The notes beneath the pieces were generated by a model, which was not told where the DNA came from, made no database searches, and saw nothing but the letters and a program-made list of their open reading frames with translations. Source: Bacillales bacterium (GTDB lineage: Bacteria > Bacillota > Bacilli > Paenibacillales > CANHCR01). From it: a stretch of DNA of 64,000 nt. Positions 31,000-40,516 of the stretch are shown here, in pieces. The stretch covers positions 8,498 to 72,497 of the forward strand of contig CANHCR010000002.1 of NCBI GenBank assembly GCA_947459205.1, given 5' to 3'. Positions within the stretch are counted from its first letter, which is position 1, and each line of letters starts with the position of its first letter. Made by a program: the position numbers and the translations under genes.

Positions 31000-33900
31000 T
31001 TATTTCAACCCGTCGAAAAAGTCCTCATCTTTTTCGAAAGGAATGTGAATAGGAGCCCGAAACAACAATCGGTTATCTTCTTTGTATACTGCAAGAAAAG
31101 AAACTCCCCAGTATAATTCGTTCCATGCCACAAAAATGTGTGCCGCACTCCGTGTCTCTTCAACCACAGCTTTCAAATCCGGCACATACGGAAAGTGATA
31201 AGTCGACAATTGATTGGCAAATTCACTATCTTTCAAAATTTCTAAGACAGGTCGTTCGGCAAACGATATGTCAAACGGTGTGGTTTTATTTCCAAAAGAA
31301 TCTACAATCATGTACTCGATACTTTGTGAAAGAACAGTGTCTATCCGTACACGGTGTGTATGGAGGCCGTATATTCCTTTTTTCAACTCTTCAACTAGAA
31401 TTGCCCGACCTGGGTGGAGTGCGATTTTCCCCTTAGAGATAATGGAAACAAAGTTGTCGCTTACTACATCTTTCGTGTGTAACTCAAATGGCACCGCAAT
31501 TGGCGACGGCTTAATCTGCAAGCCCCAAGACTGCCCATATTTTAATTTATAGAAATTCAGCACTCCAACCAAACACGCTAATTTCAAATAATCTGAGGTG
31601 TCGCGATCAGACTTGTTTTCGCGATTAAAAATAACTGACTTGCCAGGTACAAACTCTTTTAACGTTTCACTGAACAGACCAATTTTGGTAGACTGGCCAG
31701 TTAAACGAATCGATGAAAAATCTTGCAACGTTCGGTCTTGGTACATATCATTGAGAAATAAATTCATCCGCTTATATATTGCCGGTCGGTACAACCACTC
31801 GATTTCACGAATCGTAAAATCAATATCCTTCGTTTCAGGTTGAAATGGAATTTCTGTCAGTTCGGAATGGGGTGATGTGCGAATCAATAAAGGAAAAACT
31901 TCAATCACGTCTTGCGTGATGACCGCATGAGTTCGATCAAACAAGCCAAGATTGGTAAGGTTACTTTGATGGAAAAACTGCTTTTTCACATCCTCTGACA
32001 TTGCCCAGAGAAAAGCAAAATTTGCTTTCACTCGCTCAAAATCAGCCGATTGACGATACTGATCATATCGTGTGGGAATGATGGATTCTGCTTTTTCATA
32101 CCAAGCAACTAGTTCATGATACAAATCATGACCTTGATCGACATCTTTGTACATACTGGACTTCGGACTAATCAATTTTTCAAACAATTGAGCATTTTGT
32201 AACTGTTCATAGCCGAGTGATTGATTCATCGCTTCGCGATACCCCTTGTCGTACGTGCGAGCGAGTTTGATTTTTGCCAATTGCATCAACAAATAGGTCA
32301 GGTTATTACCACCGAAATTGCTGTCTCCATTCATAAAATCGGTTTTGACGTGAAGTTCAAAACCTAATACGCGATCAACGTCAAAATGGTAGGTACACGC
32401 CGCTACATCTGTCGTCCCACCGCCACAGTCGATAATCATCGCTTTTTTTTCAGGAGAAATGTAATTGTCACGAGAAACGTCTGTCTGCAGTTGTTTGCGA
32501 ACTTCGTTACTATATTCAAGGATATCATTGAACAAAACTGCGACACCTTCATCTAGTGAATCTTTCATCTCAAGCTGGTAGTTGGTACCTGCAAACATCT
32601 TTTGGAATTCGTCGAGAAAATATTGTTTCAGCTTCACTGGACTTGTAAGATGCAACTTGCGAAAACGGCACTTAAACTGTTGCTCCGCCTCGCGAATCAT
32701 GAACATCACATATTCACGTAACAACTCACGTCTCGACATTTTTCGCACATATCCATTGATATCTTTTAAATCTTCATAAACATCCAGTTTATGAATCCAT
32801 CGTTTGATTCCACGAAAAATGGTTGCCTTCGAGCGAAACTCATGGTGATTCGCGAAACGCTCCGCTTCATAGCCAAATAGCAACTTCGGTTGCTCTAAAC
32901 GACAATCAACAACCGCAATCATCGTCGGTGCCATTACATCCATGTTTTCCCGAAAAAAAGAACGTGACTTAGATGAGAACTTGACGATATTGTTTTCCTT
33001 AGGAATAACTTGGATTTGAGCGTATTTATTTGGATAAACCGCATGAAGTGGTGACGATTTTGTGTTCTCCACTTCTTCAAAAACAAACATACCGCACGTC
33101 GAATAACTTGTTCCAAAATCCATGCAGAGTGTTGTTTTTTCCAATAATCGGGCTGTTCGCAAGCGCACATCACGAACAGGCACTCGCCACCACTTATTTG
33201 ATCCATAGACGAGCAAGAAAAATTCATGTCGTGTTCCGCTATCACGTAAATGTTCTGTGAACATTGAACTCGTCTCAGCACTTAGAAACAATCGTTGTTT
33301 GTTATCATCTTCATAAACACCCTGAAATACAGCAAGTAGTCCGGCCTCGTCAATTCCTTCCTGATTCGATTTCGGGAAAACTAAGGCAACCGGACGCTCA
33401 ACATCAATGTCGATATTGGGAGTATCCATATAAACAAGATCTTCGAGTCGAATATCAAAACCTTCATACAGTTGCAATTCGTACATCGGTCGGATTCGCT
33501 CTTCAGCGATGTCTTGACTCAAATTCCACCACTCCTGTAATTCCTCTTGAATCTGATGGAGTTTGTAAGAGTGACGTGAATAATCGCTCCACAACTGAGT
33601 CTCGCTGATTGTAGTTTGTGACGACACTCTGCTTCCAGAGAAAACGATATGCGGCAAATGATTTTGAAGATATGACTTTTCTTTAAATAGCGTTTTTCCG
33701 TTAACGACAATTTCAAGTGGGATTCCGCTTATTTTAACCTGGTGGACCATTGCAAAGGCGCAGTAATCGATGTATTCTGCAACGATTACTCCTTTTTCGA
33801 TGGAGAGCACATTTCCGTCCAAATCTTGTAATGTAATTAAATCATTTAACTCATGAAACCAACCAGAAAAATCATGGATTACTTTGTTGCGAGATTCATT

Positions 33901-35526
33901 TTCAGCCATCCATTTCTGAGCCTGGGAACCGAATAGAACTCTCATTTGATCTTGAATTAAGCAACCAATTACATTTTTAGTATCGTTTGAACCAATCGAA
34001 ACGACTGCAAAAATGACGGAATCTTCAATCTCATAATCAGAACTAGCTATGTGTAAATGAGGTACAATTGAATTTAAAATCGTGTAATCTGGTTGTGCCG
34101 AATTGGGTGCTACGGCATACTGGCGTTTTTGCGGACGATTTTGATATTGCTCCGTTGTCAAATGAACCGAAAGTGAGCATTGCCCATTATTCACAGCCAA
34201 CTTCGCAGATGACTTTGAAGCAGAAATGACTGGAAATATATTGACATCGATTCCGTCAATCCGACAAAATCCTTTGAAAGTCATAAATACAAGCGTGAAT
34301 TTTCGGTTATCTAGTTGTTGGAACGAAGTTGAATCGATTTTCTCATTTTCATTGCAAAAAAGATGGTATAAATAAACTCTTTCTAATGAGTGATTGACCA
34401 GAATTGCGCAAAAAGTCGCAATCAATTCGCCTTTCTTATTCAATAATAAAACTTTCCCCTCTTTTGAATCATAGCCTGAGACAAGAGGTGATTCGCTGTA
34501 AAGTTGCAAACAATCATCAATATAAACAGGGAGTGTATCGAAAAACACGAGATCACTAGATCGAGCATTATTTTCTACGAAATCTAGATTGTTCAAAATC
34601 TCATCGTTGTTATTAGGTTGTTGCCATTCTCCGGTCAGCAGTAGAGATTCAGCCGTTTTAAAGGGCAAATTTGCAAACGTAGATAACAATACTGATTCCT
34701 CATCAAATTCGAGCAAATTGAATAGTTGCTGAAACGCAGATTTATTTAGTTGTTTCAATTTATTGATTATCAAATCCCCGGTTTCTTTACTAACATCTGA
34801 AAGTTGATAAATATATTCACGAACTCGCGGGTCAATTCCTTCAGCAAAATAGTCGATAAATTGTTGGATCTCATTCGAATAAAAATGTAAGATTGCATTC
34901 GATATATCAAAGTTCAATTTCGTCCAAATATCAAGGACTTGAACGATTTGTTCGTGCGACCATTTACCGAACAGTTCATTGATTTGATCAATATTTTTCG
35001 GTTCAATAAGTTGCGCTGGAAGTGAGTAATATTCAAATGTATAAGCAGGACATGAATCAATTTCTTTATCGTATTTATCTATTTTCCAATAAAAACATCT
35101 ATTGTCAATTATTAAATCAAGTAGATTAGTTTCAATTTCACCAAAATCAATACCTTTTGTTGTTTCAAAATGAATCCCATACTGACCTGGTGGAAGTGCT
35201 ATATTACAATCACACTCATATTTGCTATCCTCAATAGATTTCGGAGAATTAACTTGCCAAATAAGATTATTTTCTTCAATCGGCGATTTTACACTAGCAT
35301 TGTATTTAAAAATAGAAACAGACTTAAGATATGATAAATAAGTGCGATTTGATGCTACTCCAGTTTGTACAAATGTCATAGTTTTGGTTGAAGTTAAAAC
35401 TTTTCGTAGAAAAATCACATTAATTGTTTGAAATGTAGAGTAAACATTAGTTCTGTTCGATAAACGATTACGATCATAGATATTTTCAAGTATTCTTGTC
35501 CCTTTTAACAAATCATCAAGAAACAT
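31000..35526 (-). CDS. Giant Hsp70/actin-fold (ASKHA) ATPase-domain protein, paralog 2
   Basis: LCMDFGTS, LDEGVAVL, IIDCGGGTTD, FGGNNLT, LTGQS in the C-terminal ~700 aa. Confidence 0.8.
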   Translation of the reverse strand: MFLDDLLKGTRILENIYDRNRLSNRTNVYSTFQTINVIFLRKVLTSTKTMTFVQTGVASNRTYLSYLKSVSIFKYNASVKSPIEENNLIWQVNSPKSIEDSKYECDCNIALPPGQYGIHFETTKGIDFGEIETNLLDLIIDNRCFYWKIDKYDKEIDSCPAYTFEYYSLPAQLIEPKNIDQINELFGKWSHEQIVQVLDIWTKLNFDISNAILHFYSNEIQQFIDYFAEGIDPRVREYIYQLSDVSKETGDLIINKLKQLNKSAFQQLFNLLEFDEESVLLSTFANLPFKTAESLLLTGEWQQPNNNDEILNNLDFVENNARSSDLVFFDTLPVYIDDCLQLYSESPLVSGYDSKEGKVLLLNKKGELIATFCAILVNHSLERVYLYHLFCNENEKIDSTSFQQLDNRKFTLVFMTFKGFCRIDGIDVNIFPVISASKSSAKLAVNNGQCSLSVHLTTEQYQNRPQKRQYAVAPNSAQPDYTILNSIVPHLHIASSDYEIEDSVIFAVVSIGSNDTKNVIGCLIQDQMRVLFGSQAQKWMAENESRNKVIHDFSGWFHELNDLITLQDLDGNVLSIEKGVIVAEYIDYCAFAMVHQVKISGIPLEIVVNGKTLFKEKSYLQNHLPHIVFSGSRVSSQTTISETQLWSDYSRHSYKLHQIQEELQEWWNLSQDIAEERIRPMYELQLYEGFDIRLEDLVYMDTPNIDIDVERPVALVFPKSNQEGIDEAGLLAVFQGVYEDDNKQRLFLSAETSSMFTEHLRDSGTRHEFFLLVYGSNKWWRVPVRDVRLRTARLLEKTTLCMDFGTSYSTCGMFVFEEVENTKSSPLHAVYPNKYAQIQVIPKENNIVKFSSKSRSFFRENMDVMAPTMIAVVDCRLEQPKLLFGYEAERFANHHEFRSKATIFRGIKRWIHKLDVYEDLKDINGYVRKMSRRELLREYVMFMIREAEQQFKCRFRKLHLTSPVKLKQYFLDEFQKMFAGTNYQLEMKDSLDEGVAVLFNDILEYSNEVRKQLQTDVSRDNYISPEKKAMIIDCGGGTTDVAACTYHFDVDRVLGFELHVKTDFMNGDSNFGGNNLTYLLMQLAKIKLARTYDKGYREAMNQSLGYEQLQNAQLFEKLISPKSSMYKDVDQGHDLYHELVAWYEKAESIIPTRYDQYRQSADFERVKANFAFLWAMSEDVKKQFFHQSNLTNLGLFDRTHAVITQDVIEVFPLLIRTSPHSELTEIPFQPETKDIDFTIREIEWLYRPAIYKRMNLFLNDMYQDRTLQDFSSIRLTGQSTKIGLFSETLKEFVPGKSVIFNRENKSDRDTSDYLKLACLVGVLNFYKLKYGQSWGLQIKPSPIAVPFELHTKDVVSDNFVSIISKGKIALHPGRAILVEELKKGIYGLHTHRVRIDTVLSQSIEYMIVDSFGNKTTPFDISFAERPVLEILKDSEFANQLSTYHFPYVPDLKAVVEETRSAAHIFVAWNELYWGVSFLAVYKEDNRLLFRAPIHIPFEKDEDFFDGLK

Positions 35527-35546
35527 CGTCTTGCTCCTCTCATAAA

Positions 35547-38500
35547 CTATTTTAGACCATCAAAGAAATCTTGATCATTTTCGAACCTTTCAATTATTGG
35601 TCGATAAAAAACGATTCGACCAGCCTCCCTGTACAGTACCAAAAACGAAACGCCCCAATACAACTCGTTCCAAGCAATAAAGATATGTGCGACATCCTCA
35701 CGAGCCATACTCTCTACGATTTGATATTCGGGAACAAATGGAAAATGACATTCAGACATTATCCTTACGAATTCGTCATGTGATACAACTTCTCCTGTTG
35801 GCTGATTCTTAAAATCAACGATAAATTCGCGCTCATTTCCAAACGAGTCTTCCAATCGATACTCCAACACCATTTTTTGCACTGTTTCAATCCGCGCGCG
35901 GTGATAATAGAAACCATGAACATCTGGTTTCAGTTCACGTTGCGATTTCAATGCCTCAGATTTAAGCGCCAATCGCTCCTTTGGTATGACCACTTCATAT
36001 AGGTCCGAAGTCGGTGGTTTACGTTTTAAATGATATGGAACAACAATCGGTTTCGATTCAATATGCAATTTCCAAGAAGAAGCTCCTGATTTCAGTTGTT
36101 GATAATCCAACACACCAACCAAACATGCTAATTTCAAATATTCCGACATATCACGGTACGACTCATTACTACGATTGAATACAATCTTTTTGCCCGGCAA
36201 AAATTCCTTCAAGCTTTCATCAAACAATCCAATTTTAGTCGACTGACCGGTCAAACGAATGCTAGCAAACTCTTTCAGTCTGTCAGTCTCATAAAGGTCA
36301 TTTAGAAACACATTCATTCGATCGTAGATTGCACCTCGATACAACCACTCCAACTCGCGAATACTGAAACTGAGGTCATCGCCTCCCGACTCTTCCACAT
36401 CCCAAACTTCGGAAATCGCCACCAAGTTCGTTTTTCCTTCCAAACGAATGCGTAGCGGGATATGTTCCGTCAAATCCTGAACGATTACGTTTGGTCGGGT
36501 CTCGAAGAATCCAAGATTCGTGATGTTGCCCTGTCGAAAAAACTCTTTTTTGATGCTTTCTGACATTGCCCAGAGAAAAGAGAAATTACTTCGAACGATG
36601 TCATAATCTGCAGAGTCGTGATAGTTCCCGTAACGTGTCGGAATGATGTTCTCTGCGACTTCATACCACCGATTAATTGCAGTATACAAATCGCGCTTTT
36701 CATCGACATCACGATACAGATTTTTCTTGGCAACGATCAATGTTTCGCACAATTGTAGATTCGAAAGTTTGTCGACACCCAACTCACGATTCATGTTTTC
36801 AGCAAACGTCGGTATGCAAGCGCGAGCAAGTTTGATTTTCGCCAATTGCATCAGCAGATACGTTAAATTGTTCCCACCAAAGTTGCTATCTCCGTTCATG
36901 AATTCGGTCTCCACATGCAAATCGAAGCCAATGTCTGGGTCGGCATCGAAACGGTAACTGCATGCCGCCACATCCGTTGTGCCTCCACCGCTATCAATGA
37001 TCATCGCTTTACGTGTTGACGAGCTGACAATATCACTTCCTTTTAACGATTTCTTGAATGTATCTCCATACGCTATTATGTCGTTGAATAACACCGAAAC
37101 TCCCTCGTCCAGCGCATTCTCTTTTTCCAGAGTGAACGTACGCCCTTCCTCAGTCGGTTTATTCAACATCGAAGAAAAAGCATCAAGAAAATATTGTTTT
37201 AACTTAACCGGACTGGTCAAATGGATGTGGCTGAAGCGACATTTGAATTGTTGTTCGGCCTCGCCGATTATGTAAAGCAAATAAGCACGCAATAAATCAA
37301 AGCGCGTCATTTGTAATACCCGTCCTTGAATATCTTTCAGTCGCAACTGATCTGGTGAGTCGATTTTGTGAATCCATCTCTTGATGCCACGGAAAATCGT
37401 TACATTTGTTCGGAATTCATACGTAGCTGCCCAGCGTTCCGCATCGTAACCGAATAGCAAAACAGGAGTCTCACCACTGCAATCCTTAACAGCAATCACG
37501 GTCGGTGCCATCACACTTGTCTCATTACGCAGAAATGATCGCGGTTGCTCGGCGAACTTCAAAATGTTATGGCTCCGGTCTTTTACTTCAATATGTGCAT
37601 AGCGATGTGGGTTCGCTTCATGGAGTGCTGAAACTTTGGAGTTCGGTGCTCCATCAAGTTCGAGTGAAAACATTCCGCATGTCGAGTAGCTTGTACCGAA
37701 ATCCATACAAAGCGTAGTCGCTTTCATAATTCGCGGCTGATATACCTTGACGTCACCAACTTTTGCTCGCCACCATTTGCCATTGGCATGTGCAAGTAGA
37801 TAAAAATCATGTCGAGTCTCGCGGTTCAGAAGCACATCCGTCAACATATGTTCACGCTTCGCTTTCAGGAACACGCGATGATATGCCTCATCGTCAGGGA
37901 TCGACTGGAAGACTGCAATCAAACCCGCTGCGTCCTCATCATGACCGGGATTGTCTTTGCGGTGTACTAGTACAACCGGCATCCTCACATCCAAATCGAT
38001 TCCTGGAGTATCCAGATGAACTAAATCTTCTGGTCGAATATCGAGTCCTTCGTAAAACACGAGATTGTGCATAGCACGCAATTTATCGGTGTTGGCGTCG
38101 ATTGCAGTGTTCCACCAAGATTGCAGTTCAGATTCAATTTGAGATATGCTCATTCCTTCTTCTTCGCTGACTTGCTCCAACGATGAGCTAGAAGAACCGC
38201 CTTTGCCAAACGTGATGTGTGGCAAATAAGCTTGTAACAAATTACGCACTGATGAATACCGCTTGCCGTTGACTATCAAATCAAGCACCAGGTTACGCAG
38301 TTTCAGTTGGTTTTGCACATTTTCGAGAAGACTATCAATATAAAAAGCGACGATTTTGCCTTTTTCGACGACGGCTACATTTCCGTTCGGGTCTCTGAGT
38401 TCAATCGTTTCCGTCAGGTCGATAAACCAGGTTGACATGTCTTGCCAAACCTTGTCGCGGCTCTTTTCGTCTTGTTTTATCCATTCCATAGCTTCGTTTC

Positions 38501-40253
38501 CAAAAAGCAGTTCGGTACCGGAAGGAAGTAAATCTATTACTCTGCTATCAGATAGACTTTCACTCTTCTTAAAACGTTCAAGTCTACTTTTTTCAGTGCT
38601 CGGCGTATTGTTGCTGGCAATTGACCGCACAGCGACAATGGCAGAATCTTTGATTAAACCGCTTGAAAAGCGGAGTACTATACTTTCAGTATTAATTAAG
38701 GAGTAATCGGCTTCTCCATTTTTAAGTGGCCATGCGTAATGCCTGGACTGTGGGCGATTTTCAAAATGTTCGGGTTTAAACTGTGAAGACATTTTCCAAG
38801 CGTTATCATTCAATTGCAGTGAAAATTTCGTTTTTTTCGTATCATGAGTCGAGAAAAACTTCACTTTAACATCTTCTAATCTGATGACACCATTTGTTGT
38901 TATGACGACAAGACTGAACTTAACATTTGTTAATCGAAGGAAATCTTCGATAGAAATCATGTCGCTAGGTTCACATGTCAATGCATAGCGATAATTATCT
39001 TTTGAACTGTCTAGAGTATTTTTGTTGCGGACATAATCAAATCCAGTAGTCGTAGTATGTGATAGAAGATGGACATCACATTTTGCGATTTTCTGTCCGT
39101 CCGCATTTACAAGCAATGCATCGAAAAGTCTTCCGCTAGAGTCACACAGAATTGGACTAAGCAATTCCAGTTGAAAATGATCCTCGGATCGTACAGGGAA
39201 TCCACTAAAGAAAATCAATTCGCTCATTTTGGCTGATGAGTCGATTTTAGATTCAGAAAGTAACGCAGATAGGACTTCAATCTGCTCGGTCCATTGTGAA
39301 TTCGTGTTAAAAAACCATATTTTTTTAATTGGCTGATCTTCTAACAACTGAACCAGATGCTCGCCGTCTGCTCTACTCAGTAGTTTGAGTAAATAAGATT
39401 GTTGTTCGATATTATCGAGTGAAATCAATCGATTCAATGCACCGGAGAATGCTTTCGAATCTGACGAAAATGCTCGAGCAACATTACTACAAATATGAAA
39501 ATCCATCTCAGTCAAAAATCTATGTATAAAAGAAATAAAAACTTCTTTTGCTACGATTTTTAATGTGCTGAAAAGTTTCGTGGAGAAGGATTCTCCTAAT
39601 GATTTCAATGTACTAAGATATGATTTCAATTGTTCAGGAGATATGTTTAATAGAACATCTGATAAATCAATTTCGATTTCATTCCAAATCTTAAACAAGA
39701 AAGTCGCTTCATCGTCTGATAATTTTGTAATCAATTCGTTAATTTTAGTTACATTCGATTTAATTATTAAATTTTCGGAAATACTATAATATCCAAATCC
39801 ATAAATGACAGAACCGTTATTAATGTGACCCCATCCAAATCTCCAGAGAGGATACTCTGTTCGAGGATAATAATTATCGTATTTAGGGCAAATGGGAGTC
39901 GTCGATAACATCTCAATTTCTTGATTATTAATTAATCCTTCAGTGAAGGATACTTCTTTATACCCACACAAATCAAAACCTAAAGTATAATGATTCGGGA
40001 ATAGGATTTTATTTACTTCAACCCAATTTCCATCATTTACGCCTTGATAATTCGCAAACTGTTCTTCTTTCAGTTGAAATTCATTCGAATATCTCATTGA
40101 AATTTTTGCAGACCATGCCCCAGGTAATTCGCAGTAAAATTTCCTTAAAAATAATAGTTTCTTCACTTTAAAACTAGGGTATACGTAAGAATATACTTCA
40201 AAACGAGTATCTCTATGAATCCCTTTCATCTTGCCTCCTCTTACAATTTCCAC
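35547..40253 (-). CDS. Giant Hsp70/actin-fold (ASKHA) ATPase-domain protein, paralog 1 (alternative start 40229)
   Basis: LCMDFGTS, LDEGVSVL, IIDSGGGTTD, FGGNNLT, LTGQS; C-terminus DFFDGLK as in paralog 2. Confidence 0.8.
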   Translation of the reverse strand: MEIVRGGKMKGIHRDTRFEVYSYVYPSFKVKKLLFLRKFYCELPGAWSAKISMRYSNEFQLKEEQFANYQGVNDGNWVEVNKILFPNHYTLGFDLCGYKEVSFTEGLINNQEIEMLSTTPICPKYDNYYPRTEYPLWRFGWGHINNGSVIYGFGYYSISENLIIKSNVTKINELITKLSDDEATFLFKIWNEIEIDLSDVLLNISPEQLKSYLSTLKSLGESFSTKLFSTLKIVAKEVFISFIHRFLTEMDFHICSNVARAFSSDSKAFSGALNRLISLDNIEQQSYLLKLLSRADGEHLVQLLEDQPIKKIWFFNTNSQWTEQIEVLSALLSESKIDSSAKMSELIFFSGFPVRSEDHFQLELLSPILCDSSGRLFDALLVNADGQKIAKCDVHLLSHTTTTGFDYVRNKNTLDSSKDNYRYALTCEPSDMISIEDFLRLTNVKFSLVVITTNGVIRLEDVKVKFFSTHDTKKTKFSLQLNDNAWKMSSQFKPEHFENRPQSRHYAWPLKNGEADYSLINTESIVLRFSSGLIKDSAIVAVRSIASNNTPSTEKSRLERFKKSESLSDSRVIDLLPSGTELLFGNEAMEWIKQDEKSRDKVWQDMSTWFIDLTETIELRDPNGNVAVVEKGKIVAFYIDSLLENVQNQLKLRNLVLDLIVNGKRYSSVRNLLQAYLPHITFGKGGSSSSSLEQVSEEEGMSISQIESELQSWWNTAIDANTDKLRAMHNLVFYEGLDIRPEDLVHLDTPGIDLDVRMPVVLVHRKDNPGHDEDAAGLIAVFQSIPDDEAYHRVFLKAKREHMLTDVLLNRETRHDFYLLAHANGKWWRAKVGDVKVYQPRIMKATTLCMDFGTSYSTCGMFSLELDGAPNSKVSALHEANPHRYAHIEVKDRSHNILKFAEQPRSFLRNETSVMAPTVIAVKDCSGETPVLLFGYDAERWAATYEFRTNVTIFRGIKRWIHKIDSPDQLRLKDIQGRVLQMTRFDLLRAYLLYIIGEAEQQFKCRFSHIHLTSPVKLKQYFLDAFSSMLNKPTEEGRTFTLEKENALDEGVSVLFNDIIAYGDTFKKSLKGSDIVSSSTRKAMIIDSGGGTTDVAACSYRFDADPDIGFDLHVETEFMNGDSNFGGNNLTYLLMQLAKIKLARACIPTFAENMNRELGVDKLSNLQLCETLIVAKKNLYRDVDEKRDLYTAINRWYEVAENIIPTRYGNYHDSADYDIVRSNFSFLWAMSESIKKEFFRQGNITNLGFFETRPNVIVQDLTEHIPLRIRLEGKTNLVAISEVWDVEESGGDDLSFSIRELEWLYRGAIYDRMNVFLNDLYETDRLKEFASIRLTGQSTKIGLFDESLKEFLPGKKIVFNRSNESYRDMSEYLKLACLVGVLDYQQLKSGASSWKLHIESKPIVVPYHLKRKPPTSDLYEVVIPKERLALKSEALKSQRELKPDVHGFYYHRARIETVQKMVLEYRLEDSFGNEREFIVDFKNQPTGEVVSHDEFVRIMSECHFPFVPEYQIVESMAREDVAHIFIAWNELYWGVSFLVLYREAGRIVFYRPIIERFENDQDFFDGLK

Positions 40254-40279
40254 ACTTACACCTCCATCAACTCATTTTA

Positions 40280-40375
40280 TCATTTTATTCCATCAAAGAA
40301 ATCTTTATCCTTCTCAAAAGGCAATGTCACCGGCTTATAAAATAACAACTTGTCCTCTTTCTTGAATACCGACAT
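40280..40375 (-). pseudogene. 3' stub of a third Hsp70-like paralog
   Basis: Translates MSVFKKEDKLLFYKPVTLPFEKDKDFFDGIK*, matching AVYKEDNRLLFRAPIHIPFEKDEDFFDGLK*. Confidence 0.85.
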
Positions 40376-40516
40376 TTTAAAGTACATTTCTTTTATAAAT
40401 ATAATTCAAGTTACCTCAAAATCAGTTTGTGAAAATCTAAAAATTTAATTATGTGTCTTGCCACCTGTTTTTATCTCAATCAAACTAAATTCCTCCCGCA
40501 AAGTGAAACTAATTGT

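Noticed and set aside
31000-40253. Canonical dnaK chaperones
   Set aside because: About 1500 aa, ATPase fold at the C-terminus, no recognisable substrate-binding domain, no grpE/dnaJ context
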